Shown here piece after piece: positions 40,404-54,215 of a stretch of DNA of 64,000 bases. A model generated the notes under the pieces. It was not told the origin of the DNA and ran no database searches. It was given only the letters and a program-made list of their open reading frames with translations. Both the position numbers and the translations under genes were made by a program. How positions within the stretch are numbered: position 1 is the first letter of the stretch; each line of letters opens with the position of its first letter. Location of the stretch: positions 58,032,001 through 58,096,000 of the forward strand of contig OX597819.1 in the NCBI GenBank assembly GCA_951406725.2, given 5' to 3'. The DNA comes from Octopus vulgaris (taxonomy: Eukaryota).

Positions 40404-40528
40404 TGGCTTACAGCTGTCTCCAGTAGTCATTATAGATACATTCCTGATAAGTTTACTCAATTATTCTATTGTTCATTTGCAGTAAATTGAACGACTTAAG
40501 ATAACTTATGCTACTTTCGTCAGAGCCA
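40404..40528 (-). ncRNA. Hammerhead-like motif with a very long loop II
   Basis: tggct-CTGACGA-a-agtag..(long loop)..ctact-g-GAGA-cagctg-TA-agcca. Stem I and stem II are each 5 bp, and stem III is the palindrome ACAGCTGT. Confidence 0.58.
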
Positions 40529-40553
40529 TTGCTGCAAATATATATATTCATAC

Positions 40554-40626
<73 letters not shown>

Positions 40627-40629
<3 letters not shown>

Positions 40630-41146
40630 AGGGGGATCAGCCATCTGAATGTGTCTATGGACAGGGCGGGGTAGTGGAGGTGTTACTGATGCATTTAGCC
40701 CCAGGCGATCATCAACGTCACCAGAAGGGCTGACACCATCTCGGTGTCCTTGCCAGCCTGCAAAGGGAGATCAGCCTCCCCGAAGATACGGATACTACAT
40801 ACGGACCGGTTTCGAGGTATTTGCCTCTTCTCAACGCATGGTAAGCACCGTTCTTCGTTGAGGGACTTCCTCTACAGGCTGGATATATATGGATTTTCAC
40901 AGTAACCACAGTCCCTCAACGAAGAACGGTGCTTACCATGCGTTGATAAGAGGCAAATACCTCGAAATCGGTCCGTATGATCCGTATCTTCGGGGAGGCG
41001 GATCTCCCTTTGCAGGCTGGCAAGGACACCGAGATGGTGTCAGCCCTTCTGGTGACGTTGATGATCGCCTGGGGCTAAATGCATCAGTAACACCCCCACT
41101 ACCCCGCCCTGTCCCTAGCCACATTCAGATGGCTGATCCCCCTTAT
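40627..41146. repeat. Near-perfect long inverted repeat (arms 40627-40867 and 40910-41146, 42-bp spacer)
   Basis: ATAAGGGGGATCAGCCATCTGAATG... is mirrored by ...CATTCAGATGGCTGATCCCCCTTAT. The same peptide appears in the ORF track on both strands. Confidence 0.96.
40937..40979 (+). ncRNA. Degenerate hammerhead-like motif in the right arm of the 520-bp palindrome (mirror copy at 40798-40840, minus strand)
   Basis: catgcg-TTGATAA-gagg caaata cctc-GAAA-(t/c)cg-GTC-cgtatg, with a 6-bp stem I, a 4-bp stem II, and the ACCGGT palindrome in the left-arm copy. Confidence 0.58.
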
Positions 41147-42393
41147 GTTATTGAGCAGTTACTGTTTATATCTCGCTCAGAGATTTATTATTATTATATA
41201 TATATATATATACATATATATAGGGATGGTATTATTAAAATGCCATCACGAGTGGCAAGCGAATTTATCAGCCGTACAGGCAAATTAATAAAATATATAC
41301 ATACAATATTATATGCATGTAATACAATTTTTCTGAATCTTCAGATTTTTCTATATGCTAGACCACTGGTTTTAAATTGATATTAATCAAATTAATATTC
41401 AAATTTTCATCCTTATTATTTTAAATTTACATACAATATTAGGTACGTACATGTATACACAAGGGTACTACTTGAGCACCTACATCGCTAAAAATAGAAG
41501 TCAAAAATACTTCTGTACCACCGAATAGTCACAAATCTATTACAGACATGATAGGAAAAAATATCAGTGAACAATAATAACGTTTTACCCCTACTGGGTC
41601 AGAACAAGTAAATGCCGGTCAACTTGGTACCGGTTTCGAAATTTAGGGCCAAATAGGTGCCTGATTTCTCATCAGCCAAAATCTGCCAGCGAAATTACTA
41701 CTAAAATTCTACTAAAGAAAACAAACAATGGAACAAGAACGTAACAGGCGACAACAAAACATCCGCATAGTTAGACGATACAAAAAAAAAGGACAGGAAA
41801 AAACATGGATGGGTCATTCGGAACTTTCTATCCTCAGTTGAGTTCCAGGTAGACAGGCAGGCTGAGGCCTTCCGTTCAGTTTCTGTTTGGCAAGTTTCAG
41901 TCACATCGTATTGAACAACTGATTGTTGTAGTAAAAGATATTTGCCCAAGGTGTTACACAATGCAATGAAACCCAAAGAAATGTAGTTGCAATACAAAAT
42001 TCTAAACGAGCAAATAGGCTGTTCAAATCAGGCCAGTGTCTTCTTCCCATCTCCTTCTAGGACCAATGCCATAGTTACACGCCACCACATACCAAGCAGC
42101 ACATTATCACTCATATATTTACTTTGTACTCTCTCTCTCTCTCTCTCGCTCTCTCACGCTTTCCCTCTCTTTCTCTCTCTTTCTTTCTCTGTCTCTCTCT
42201 GTTTCACTTCTTCTCTCTTCGCTCTCTTTTCGATTTTTCTATCTCTTATTTATCACTCTTTCTTTTGTTATATCTCCCTCCGTTTACTCCCTTTCTCCGC
42301 CTCTACCTATCTGTCTATCTAAATCAGCCTCCTTTCCCCTTCTCCATCCCACTCTGCCTGTCTGCCTGTCTATCTCTCTCTCTCTCTCTCTCA

Positions 42394-42469
<76 letters not shown>

Positions 42470-43169
42470 CTCTTACCTTTCTTCCACTTCACCCAATCAG
42501 TATTAATTATGAAAATGCATTAACTGTACTAATATCACCCAGTCATTCTGGTGCTCCAAACCAGTAAACACCTCACTAAACATCTCCGGGGACAATACTT
42601 TTCTCCTCCGTATGATTGATGTCCTGCTAAAATGGAAAACACGAGGCCGTCTGAGAAACAGCTAATTTCCATATGTTTTAGCAATTACTGCCTTAACATC
42701 AATCTCTATATTCCTTGGAGAAATTCGGAGACATGCTTCCACGAGCGTGCGCGCGCGCGAAAGAGAGAGAGAGTGTGTGTCTGTGTGTGTTTGCATGTGT
42801 GTGTATGCGTGGGCGTGTATTGTCTATGCGTGTGTATTTATGTGCATCATCCTGGGTTAATTTGTGCACGCAAAAGGTTTTGTGTAAGTCTGTATATATG
42901 CACGTTTTCCAGTGTGTATGTGTACGTGTGTTTAGATGTGCATATGTGCTTGCATATGAATTTGTAAGTGTATGTGTAATGTGTACGTGTATGCCTGTAC
43001 CGGTATATGCATACAGTGCATATGCGTGTGTGTCTAATTATCTAACTCTGTCCCTCTCTCCAACACCACCTCTCTCTCTCTCACTCTCACTTTCTGTATA
43101 TATGCGCTCACAGATATACGCACATGCACGTACACACGTATGCAAGCACACACACACACATACACACAA

Positions 43170-43200
<31 letters not shown>

Positions 43201-43205
43201 TATAT

Positions 43206-43311
<106 letters not shown>

Positions 43312-43634
43312 CCCCCTTCGGTCACGACAAAGACCAGGGGACTGCATCTAGAAAGTTACCCTCCCAGGCACAAGTCCGGGCCAGGTTGTTTATGGAAGAC
43401 CAGCAGTCGCCCATGCATACTGGCCTCCTCTCTCTACGCCACCGATGTTATCCAAAGGAAAAGCACCTGTGACGTCGCAACTAATTTCTACATCTCAGTG
43501 AATTGAAGCAACGTGAAATAAAGTGTCTTGCTCAAGAACATAACACGCAGCCCGGTCCGGGATTCGAACTCACAATCTCACGATCGTAAGCTCGACGCTC
43601 TAACCACTGAGTCAAGCGCCTTCACATATACATA

Positions 43635-43711
<77 letters not shown>

Positions 43712-43825
43712 ATATATATATATGCATATCCTTATTCATACATACAGACACATATCACATACATACATACATGCATACATACATACATGCATGTATACAT
43801 ATATATATGTGTGTGTGTGTGTGTG

Positions 43826-44068
43826 TGGAAGCGCAATGACCCAGTGGTAAGGGCAGCGGACTCGTGGTCGTAGGATCACGGTTTCGATTCCCAGACCGGG
43901 CGTTACGAGTGTTTATTGAACAAAAACACCCAAAGCTCCACGAAGCTCCGGCAGGGGGTGGTGGCGATCCCTGCTGTACTCTTTCGCCACAACTTTCTCT
44001 CACTCTTTCTTCTGTTGGCCTGCTCGCTTAGCCAGCGGGGTGGCGTCATTTGAAGGCTAAAACAATGC
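43826..44068 (+). mobile_element. tRNA-derived SINE, family C; other copies at 2113-2250(+) and ~55760-55945(-)
   Basis: GGA(A/G)GCGCAATG(A/G)CCCAGTGG A box, GTTTCGATTCCC B box, and the shared body AAAGCTCCACGA.GCTCCGGCAGGGG. Confidence 0.85.
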
Positions 44069-44101
44069 CAAGACATTCTCCTTCTATTTATTTCCTTTGT
44101 C

Positions 44102-44137
44102 CTTTCTGTCAAAGAGCGTAGGTTTGAAACATAAAAG
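44102..44137 (+). ncRNA. Highly degenerate hammerhead-like motif in a PLE-type tail fragment
   Basis: cttt-CTGTCAA-a-gag cgtagg ttt-GAAA-ca-TA-aaag, the same layout as the motif at 5166-5198. Confidence 0.4.
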
Positions 44138-44428
44138 ACTTTTCCATTTTTCTCGAGCGTCAAAGTAATACACTTGCTTATTGTTCCTACACCTGTCTTT
44201 GTTTTTCTGTCAATTTGAAATACATATATAGTGTTTCGGCGAAAGTGAAGGGTAGAAATATGTGTCAGACTAAAAATGACTACTGGGGTCGATTTGTTCG
44301 ACTAACCTTACCTAACTCCACGATACTGCAGTGTGACCACACCCCAAAACAGTAATCTCGTTACCAAACTCCTACACTATTCCCTGATATTTTCGTCATA
44401 TAATTTGTGTATACGTGCGCATTTCTGT

Positions 44429-44668
44429 GGAGGCGCGTGGCTTAGTGTTTACGGTGTTGGATTCATGATCGTAATATTGCGGTTTCGATTCCTGGACCTT
44501 ACAATGCATTGTCTCCTTGAGCAGAACACTTCATTTCACGTTGCTCCAGTCCACTCAGAAGGCAAAAATGAGTAGCCCTTCGACGGACCGGCGTCCCGTC
44601 CAGGTGGAGGATATATACATCATATACACCGGGAAACTGGCCCTTATGAGTAGGCATGGCTCGAGAAA
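44429..44668 (+). mobile_element. tRNA-derived SINE, family D; other copies at 35665-35908(-), 43308-43624(-) and ~35360-35560(-)
   Basis: GGAGGCGCGTGGCTTAGTG A box, GTTTCGATTCC B box, and the shared TTGAGCA.AACACTTCATTTCACGTTGCTCCAGTCCACTCAG. Confidence 0.82.
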
Positions 44669-45394
44669 GTAGCTTTACAATATTGTGTGTGGAAATGTGT
44701 GATATTGTGTATATGCTGCGGACTGGACGAAAGCTCAGTATGTTCTCCCCACCGACCACAATCTGTTGTGCAGGTTATGAATTTAAGCTTAAGATCATAC
44801 AGATTTGCTGACCCAGCTCTGTCACACTGGCTAGACATGACCTGTCAGGGGAGTGCAGTTCTTACACTCATACCCAATAGTACTTAAGTCTATGATATCG
44901 CCCCCACCCCCACCCCAATTCCCAACTGGTACTTATTTTATTGACCCCGAAGGATAAAAAGGCAAAGTCGACATCGGCGGAATTTGAACTCAGAATGTCA
45001 GGACCGACGGAGTATAGTTAAGCATTTCACCCGGAGCGCTAACGACTCTTCCAGCTCGCCGCCTTGTGTATGCGTATGTGCTGTATGATTTTTAAAATTG
45101 CTTAATCAGAGACAGTTAGGATATCTGACCCGACAACTTGTAACCAAATATGTTTCGCTAAAGGCGCTCAAGGACCAAATAATGGTGTTAAATACAGTGA
45201 TAGAATACGCAGCCTGTGATTGGTTCTGCTCAACGGTTCAAGTGTTTTGTTGATTATATTAACCTCCGTATACATTTCAATCAGATACATAGTTGGCCGA
45301 AAGACTAATTAACTGGATGCAATGGATCGCAACTAGATAGCAACACCGGTGTTAAACACGAACAACACACGAATTCATACATACACAAACATAT

Positions 45395-45960
45395 ATTCTT
45401 TTATTCTTTTAGTTGTTTCAGTCATTTCACTGCGGCCATGCTGGACACCACCTTTAGTCAAGCAAATCGACCCCAGGACTTATTCTTTGTAAGCCTTGTA
45501 CTTATTCTATCGTTCTCTTTTGCTGAACCGATAAGTTACGAGGACGTAAGCTCAGAATCATCTGTTGTCAGGCGATGTTGGGGAGACAAACACAGACACA
45601 CAAACATATACACACATATATATATATATACGACGGGCTTCTTTCAGTTTCCGTCTACCAAATCCACTCACAAGGTTTTGGTCGGCCCGAGGCTATAGTA
45701 GGAGACACTTGCCCAAGGTGCCCCGCAGTGGGACTGAACCCGGAACCATGTGGTTGGTAAGCAAGCTACTTATCACACAGCCACTCCTGCGCCTATAAAT
45801 GATTCTTTTATTTGTTTTAGTTATATGACTGCAGCCATACTGGAGCACTGCCTTTAGACGAACAAATCGACCCCAGGACTTATTCTTTGTAAGCCTAGTA
45901 CTTATTCTATCGGTCACACCAACATCGGTTGTCAAGCGATGGTGGTGGGGACAAACAGAC
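45395..45960 (-). mobile_element. SINE family A full copy (45395-45793) plus an adjacent 3' fragment (45805-45960)
   Basis: Reverse complement of the family consensus. Confidence 0.88.
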
Positions 45961-45975
45961 ATACAAACATACATA

Positions 45976-46011
<36 letters not shown>

Positions 46012-46150
46012 TGTATGTATGTATGTATGTATGTATGTATGTATGTACGTATGTATGTGTGTATGTATGTATGTGTGTATGTATGTATGTATGTATGTAT
46101 GTATGTATGTATGTATGTATGTATGTATGTATGTATGTATGTATGTATAA

Positions 46151-46443
46151 ATATGGGTACAGAACGTCTCCAACAATATGCAACATAAAATACGAAAACT
46201 ACGAGAGAAAAATGGAAAACAGGACAAATAACACAAAGAAGATCCTTCATCAATTGACGGCTGTCTATCTCCTCTTCATTTAACGCCCGAAATTGAGGAG
46301 TAGATAGACAGTCGACAACTGATGAAGGGTCGTTCTTTGTGTTACTTGTCCTGTTTTCCATTTTTTTCTCGTTGTTTACGTATTTAGCTCATTTGTTTTC
46401 GTATGTCATGTTGTCTATTGTTGGTGACATCCTGTACGCATAT
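46151..46443. repeat. Imperfect long inverted repeat (arms ~46151-46274 and ~46295-46443)
   Basis: AAAATGGAAAACAGGACAAATAACACAAAGAA is mirrored by TTCTTTGTGTTACTTGTCCTGTTTTCCATTTT. The right arm has a ~20-bp insertion. Confidence 0.88.
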
Positions 46444-46465
46444 ATCCATACATACATATATATAA

Positions 46466-46534
<69 letters not shown>

Positions 46535-46536
<2 letters not shown>

Positions 46537-46698
46537 CGTAGGAGTGTGTGTGTGATTAGAAGTTTGTTTCCCAACCACATGGCCTCCAGGTTCAGTCCTA
46601 CTGTGTGGCACCTTCGGCAAGTGTCTTCTACTATAGCCTCGGGGGAACCAAAGCATTGTGAGTGGATTTGGTAGGCAGAAACTGAAAAGAAGCCCGTC

Positions 46699-46770
<72 letters not shown>

Positions 46771-47300
46771 GTATGTATGTATGTATTATGTATGTATGTA
46801 TGTATTATGTATGTATGTATTTATATATGTATGTATTTATGTGCATGCATGTATATGTGTGTGTATGTGTGTCTTGTATTTTTGTTTGCCCCCCACCCAA
46901 CCCCACTGCTTGACGACCGATAATGGTGTGTTTAGGTATGCGTTATTTAGTATTTCGGTAAAAGACACCGATAGAATAAGTACTGGGTTTTTAAAAAAAT
47001 AAGTACTAATGTCGATTCGTACGACTAATACCCTTCAAGGAGGTACCCCAGCATGGCTGCAGTCAAATGGCTAAAAGTAATAAAAGAATAAAAGAATATA
47101 TATATTTTTTTCTTTCACTCGCTCCATTCATTTGATTGCCGCCATGCTGTAACACCGCCTTTAGTCAAAAGAAATCGACCCCGGGACTTATAAGCCTAAT
47201 ACTGATTCTATCGGTCTATTTGACCGAACCGCAAAGTTACGGGGACGTAAACGCACCAACATCGGTTGTCAAGCGATGGTGGGAAACAAGCGCAGCCACA
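46535..47300. mobile_element. SINE family A variant (+, 46535-47097) tail-to-tail with a minus-strand 3' fragment (47120-47300)
   Basis: Family motifs are present in both orientations. Confidence 0.82.
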
Positions 47301-47349
47301 CAAATACACACACACATATAGATATATATACACATACAGATCGACAGAC

Positions 47350-47406
<57 letters not shown>

Positions 47407-48034
47407 TATAGACAGATAGACAGACAGACAGACAGACAGACTGACAGACAGGCAGACAGGCAGACAGATAGATATATACGTGTGTGCATGTATGTGTGTA
47501 TATGAATGTATGTGTAATTTTAGTATGTATGTGTGTATCTACACGTGTGTTTGTGTATAGTGTGTATGTATCAAAGTGTGTGTCTACGTATGCCTGTGTG
47601 CGTATGCATGTATGTTTGTTTTTCATATTCTTCTTTTTTCATAATTTAGTTTTCTTTCTTTTTTATTCTTCATCCTTTCCTTCTTCCTTACTTTTACATT
47701 TTATGTTTTCATTCTTTGATTCTCTTTCTATTAGCTTTTCTTCCTTCCTTCCTTCCTTCCTATCCTCTCGTCCTCTGTTGCCACCACGCTCTTCTTCACA
47801 GCCTCTCTCTCATTTCATTTTTTTTCCTGTCTGTCTTTCTTTCTTTCTCTCTCTCCCCCCTCTCTCTCTCTCTTTCTCTCTCCTATTCTTCATTCTTCCG
47901 TTTTTCTTCCATTGTTCCTTCTCTCACATTATTTGTTCATTTAGATCGCATCCGTCCGTTTGTTTTATGTTGTCTCTTGCAATAAATATTTCAAGCACCA
48001 AACACCAATGCTGCCGCTGCTACTGCTGCTGCTG

Positions 48035-48091
<57 letters not shown>

Positions 48092-48299
48092 TTACTACTA
48101 CTACTACTACATGCTCTGGTTTTGGATTTCGACATTCTTCGCTCATAGTTTTATGCTTCTTCTATCAAGTTGAACTATGAAAAGCAGTCCGTTGTTGTAT
48201 TCATAATAATACATACAAACATCCATCCAGCCATCCATAAATACATACCTATATACATACATACATGTAGGCATACATACATAGATAGATACATGTGTC

Positions 48300-48333
<34 letters not shown>

Positions 48334-48406
48334 TGTATGTATGTATGTATGTATGCACATGCACACACGCGCAGGCATAGGAATAGACAGACAGACAGAC
48401 AGACAA

Positions 48407-48514
<108 letters not shown>

Positions 48515-48818
48515 CTTTTTATTGTGGCCACACAGGGCTAAACACAGAATAAAAATGGACGAAATACAATGTAGACTTTTTTGTTTTCGAGGTGGGATGG
48601 GTGGGACACACAAAAGGAAAAAAAGGTTCGATCAATAGGGATCTGTGGGTTGTGTGGTGTATAAAAATATAATATATATATATATATATATATAAATAAA
48701 GTTCACAGTTTAGGTGTAGCCCTGGAAAGAAAAACCTACAAAAAAGACCAAGGTCACCTCAGACAGTTCGAAAATGAACACATGAGTAAGTCGCCTTACT
48801 TCTCGTTGTCTCTTTTGG

Positions 48819-51800
48819 TCACAGATTTACGCTTAAAATAGTGTCGTCTTTCATACTGACCATTTTTGCCACTTTTACCCACTATTTATTAAAACATTCG
48901 TTCGACAAAGCCTTCCTCTCTATTCTCATCCTCCTTTTCAAGTGGTACTTGAAAAAGTTGACGAGAGACTGACCAGAGAGGAAAGTGTTTGTTTGCAGTC
49001 CTTTCAAACGCGTCCACCACACACATTCTTTCGCCATAGCCATCAGCGTAACGAAAACCGTTTTCCCTTCCCGTTTAAAGGAAGGTGGTGGAACAATATT
49101 CACGATAGACTCGGCCGATAAGCGGGCCTGTCCTACACGCGACAACAGCTGTTCGACGAAGGTCCACAGCTCTGAAATATCTGGACACTGCACGAGTGCG
49201 TGCAGAACGGTCTCGTCGCTCTGACCGCATCTCGGGCAGGTCGGTCCGGTGATGGTTTTCGAACCGTGCCTGTAGCTCTTCTCTCGAACAGGTAGTGCGT
49301 CTCGATAGCACTGCCAAGCCAGGGATTTCTGGAAGTTATCCATAGGCCCCGGTCCGAACGTCGTCCTGAACAGGCGGGTTAGGAATTTCTCGTCGACGCC
49401 CAGGTTTGCCCCGAGTGTGTCGTCGGACCTCCCCTCCACTAGTCCTCTATAGAACGCTTTAGTCGTTTGTAAGTTGCACAAGTTTGACCCCAGTCGGCAG
49501 AGCTGCTGTAGAGCTTGGCGACACTCGCGGTGCCAATCGCCCAGTTTCGGTCTCTTCCTGATCCACGTTTGCAGTTCGGTCAGTGAGACGAGCTGCGGGA
49601 AGGCGCGCCTCACAAACGGCGCCCACATTTGTTCACCGTCATCGATGAAGTTCCGGAGATGTCGCAGTCTCAGCGCATGACTGCGCATCATCAACCACGG
49701 CATGCCTAGTCCTCCATTCAACGGATATTGACAGCAAATGGACCTCCTCACCATTGGAACGCCACCCTTCCACAGGAAGCGGAAGAGTATGCGTTCCAGT
49801 TTGGTGATGGTGGCGTCGGGACAAGGCACGACGGTCAGGCGGTAATCGATGACGGATGCGATGTACGCTTTCGCCACCTCCGCCCGACCTTTTAGAGACA
49901 GCTTTCTCTCGGCCCATGTTTGCCTGAGAGCGACCACTCTACTCGTGATCTCGTCCCAGTTCTTATCCATTTGGAGGTTCGGACTGAACCAGACCCCGAG
50001 CAATTTAACCGGTCCGTCCGTCCAGCGTCCCACTACTGAGCCGTAGTCGGACGGCATGGGCTTGCATCTCCAGGAGCCGAGTAGCAAACCCACTGACTTT
50101 CCCGGGTTAATCTTCGCTCCCGTCACCGTTTCGTATTTTGTTAGTGTCTCGCCTATCATCTGGATGTGTTTTTCGCTCGACACTATGACGGTGACATCGT
50201 CCGCATATGCCGACACGCCCGTCCCGCAACCCAGTTCCCGTGTGATGCCCCTCAGTGTCGCCAGCTTCCGCAGTAGCGGCTCGAGAGTCAATACATACAG
50301 AAGCGCCGACAGGGGACACCCCTGACGGACCGAACGCGTGATGTCAAACGGTTTCGACAGGTGGCGGTTCACCTGAATCACCGATCGGATGCCGCTATAC
50401 AAGGCAGCGATCCAACCGCGGAAGACAGGACCGAAGCCAGCCGCCCTGAGGACGGCCGCCAAGTACCGATGGTCGACCCTATCGAAGGCTTTAGACTGAT
50501 CCAAATTGATCAGCGCCCCACCCATGCCAGGATCCTTAACTACTCTGTCCACAATGTAGCGCATCAGATGGAGGTTGTCATGTATGGTTCTGCCCGGCAC
50601 GACGCATGTTTGCGCCCTGTCGACCAGTTTACCAATGACACGCGCCAAGCTCTCGGCTATTACTTTGGCCAAAATTTTCAAATCTGCGTTGAGCAGAGTG
50701 ATGGGCCTGAAATTATCTATAAAATTCCCCTTGTTTGGGTCTTTCTTCAGCAACGTCACTGCACCTCGGCTCACGAAACCGGGGATTCTCCCGTTTTGTT
50801 GCCAGTTGTAATAGACTGATGCCAAGAGATCGCCAAACAAGTCTGGCATTTGACAACACAGCTCGTAGGGTAAACCATCCAATCCAGGCGACTTATCCCT
50901 CGCGCAGCCCGCCATCGCATCCCGCACGTCAGCGGCTGTGATGGGACTTTCACAACACTCCGCTTCTCTTGCCAAGAGCCGCGGCGGGTCGGTCAGGTAG
51001 GCACTGAAATCCATCCCGCGTTCCGACCCACTACTCGCACCAAATAGTCGAGCAAAGTGCTGTTGAAAGGCCTCACACATCCTTTCGAGTTCGACTAAAC
51101 TGCATCCCTGTTGATCTATTAGAGACCGAATGGTGGCTCTGTTGCCACGCTGCACCTCCGCTACCCGGGCCTCTCGCGCAGCTTCGATCCCTTCGTTCCT
51201 TAAGGCACGCATTTTAGCTCTGACGACACAACCTTCGTGCTTGGCGTTGAGGTGTTGGTCGAGGGCCATCCTCGCAGCCAGCACGTTGGTTGCGCTGCCA
51301 GTGGTAAGTGCCTCTTCTAGTTTCTTAACCAAGTCTCCCTCTACTCTATTTCGTTCTATCGCTAATTCCTTGCTAAACCTAATTGATTCCGATTTTATTG
51401 CCATTTTCAGGGCGTACCACCAGCGGTTGTTAACGACGGCTCCCGTCAGCGCCCTCTTAATTAACTCGCTAATTCGGTTCCTGTAAACCTGTCGCGCTAA
51501 CAGCGACGTGTTCAGTTTCCAGTAACCGGGACCCTGCCTATGTGTTTTATCTAAGTCGAGCGTACACGTAACAAATTTGTGATCTGTGTAGCTGACTATT
51601 TTAAATTGTGGACATCCTACACTATCCCTATCCGCTGTCCTGCATAGGATTCTATCTAGATAAGATCTCGACGATCCGACGCGGTTTGTCCAAGTCCACG
51701 TTGGCACTTTCGGATGGTCGGGTCGGAACCTGTCAGACAAATGGAAACGTCTTTGAGGCACTTACACCCCCTTCTATTCCTATCCATTCCCACATAATCT

Positions 51801-52213
51801 ATATGCATGTCCAAGGTAGCGTTTCAATCCCCTACTAACAGTAAAGGTCTAGACGCACCCAGGAAAACCTCTAGACGACCCGACCCGTTAAGGACGGTGC
51901 ATAAACTGCCATCAGACGGAATGCACACCCATTTCTGCCATCCACGTCCAAGACAACCAGCCTACCACCCCCCCGGGTCTAGGAATATTGTTCTTACTTT
52001 TACATTTAGACTCTTTCGAAAAAGCACTGCGGTACCTCCACCACCCATGTCGAATTGATCGCCAAACATGGACGCGAGGGCCCGCGGCTTGCTTAGTCTG
52101 GTTTCACTGATAGCTACTATATCCACGTTCTGTGACTTGATGTCGTTTAGAAGGTAACCTTGTTTCCAAGCCGACGCCAAGCCACGTGCATTCACAAAAC
52201 CTAATTTATGCAT
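48819..52213 (-). pseudogene. LINE ORF2 (APE endonuclease + reverse transcriptase + C-terminal CCHC), disrupted
   Basis: 52213-51962: MHKLGFVNARGL..IVAISETRL (APE start). 51761-48882: SYLDRI, YTDHK, GPGYWKLN, KSPGLDG, NFRPITLLNADLKILAK, LDQSKAFDRV, VRQGCPLS, YADD, CPRC..ETVLHALVQC. The endonuclease part carries frameshifts and deletions. A premature TAG lies at 48882 and the frame continues WVKVAKMV..VNL to TGA at 48819. Confidence 0.93.
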
Positions 52214-52282
52214 AATTGACGTTTAAGAAATTTGTGTTTCACACACTACATTGGAAGAGACAAGAGGCAAGAGGGAAGGTCA

Positions 52283-54173
52283 CTAACTCATTTCGAAAGT
52301 TTCAGTTTTTTCTTCATCTTTTGTAGTGTCTTTGAGGAGGTGTTTGAATAGTTCTTTTGAGAGGTATTTTTGAAACCCCCCTACCGCATTTGGAAATATG
52401 GTTTTCAGTGTATGGTGTTGTGTTTGTGTTATGTGTAGAATTCTTATGTGTTTCGGTGGAGTGGTGCGCGGATAATTATCTGTCTTAAAGTCATCTTCGC
52501 AGATGTTCGTGTTGGATGCAATGTAATCCATTAGTTTTTTATTGTCTGTGTCTATTGCTGTTAGTTGTGTGTGTGGTTTTGCGGGGTCATTGATTTTTTG
52601 GTTGTCTAAGGGGATCTGCTTTACTTACTTGTTTGGTGGGCTTTTTTGGTCTTTTCCTTTTACCCCCTGTGGCTATTTGCCATTCCGTCGAACTTTCGTC
52701 GTTGGACGACGAGTCCGACGAATCAGAAAGGGGTAAAGGCAAAGCATTTGCGTTAATATGTATGTTTGTTGAAATTGTTGATGTTTTGTGCGGTGTTTGT
52801 GTTGTTGTGGTGTTAGGGGTAGAATTTGTCTTCTCGTCACTGTTTTCTGTTTTTTTAGTTGTCGTCCTTGGTGCTGGCGTTGGTCTATATTTTGGTGTTG
52901 TTTCAGTATGTTGAATTGTTTGCGGCGTCAACGGTGATTGTGTTGGTGCTGTTTCCTTTCTTGGTGATGTTGTTGGGGTTTGTTTTCTGGTTTGTTGTTT
53001 TTCTTGGCATTGTTCCATAATTGAGTGTGTTGGTGTTGGTGTTGGCAACAAAGGTGTTTTATTTGTTTTCTGATTTGTTCTTTCTTGTTTTTTCTGTCCA
53101 AGAACGCACTTTGTAATTAAATGTTCTGGGCTGCTACAGTTGTAGCATCTGTGCCCATTCTCTAAGAGAATCTTATCAGGAAGTTTCTCGATAGAGGACC
53201 CATCAATCTGGATGCTGACTTCTATTGATTTACCACCCCAATTGTCGTTTTTGTATACGACAATCTCTAAAATGTTTATAGTTTTTAAATGGTAACATAT
53301 CGCTCCTGTTATCCATTTGTTAGGTATCTCCGGTGGTACATTTTTAATGCTAATTTTGCTCACTCTTTGGCCTTTGTAATATGGTATCATGATGATTTCA
53401 TCATTTTGCAAAGACTCCGTAGAGTGAGCTTTTGCCACTTCCTGGTTAGGGAAGCGGACCACCACTGTATTAAACTGGGGACCCCAGTTTATATATTCTT
53501 TTTTTCATTATGTTTTTTAAACACTTTTCTATATCCGTTTTTGTAATCTGTTCATTTTGTTTTTTGGGTTTTTTTTTATAATTTTATATATAATTGTCTT
53601 ATTTTCTATTTGTTCCTTTATGTGTTGAGGTGTATGCAATACTAAATCCTGCCCTTGGGTTGTAAAGAGTGCTCTCGTTTCTATTAACTCTTCATTCGTA
53701 AATTTTATTATTTCTTTTTTCTGACGCAGAGTGTCAGCGAAATTTACTTTTATATTATGGCAGTTGTTGTCGTTGTGTGTTTGTGTTGTTGTTGTATCCG
53801 AAATATTCTTGGACGTGGCTTTTTCAGGTATTGTTGATTCTATTATAATAATATCTTCACTATTAGATGATAAAATATTTATTTCATTTTTGTTGTTGTT
53901 CTTGTTGTTGTTGTTGTTTTTGTTAATTGTATTTGCATTATTTTCATTTTTATCATTTATGTTGGTGGTGGTGGTGGTGGTGGTGGTGGTGGAGGTGGTG
54001 GTTGTGGGTATATTAGGTGTATGGTTGCTGATTATGCAACTAGCACGGGGTGGAAAGTTGTCTGCATAATTTGCCTCTGCGTTTGAGCAAATTTCGGCAA
54101 TTCGTTTGGTGGTCGCGTTTTTTTCTTTCTCTCCTTCACTTGTTGGTGGTGGAAGGAACAATGGCTGAAGGGG

Positions 54174-54215
<42 letters not shown>

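Noticed and set aside
40649-41380. ORFs within the 520-bp palindrome
   Set aside because: They are short mirror-image products of the inverted repeat with no domain similarity.
48985-52058. Plus-strand and alternative-frame ORFs overlapping the LINE
   Set aside because: These are shadow ORFs of the GC-richer ORF2.
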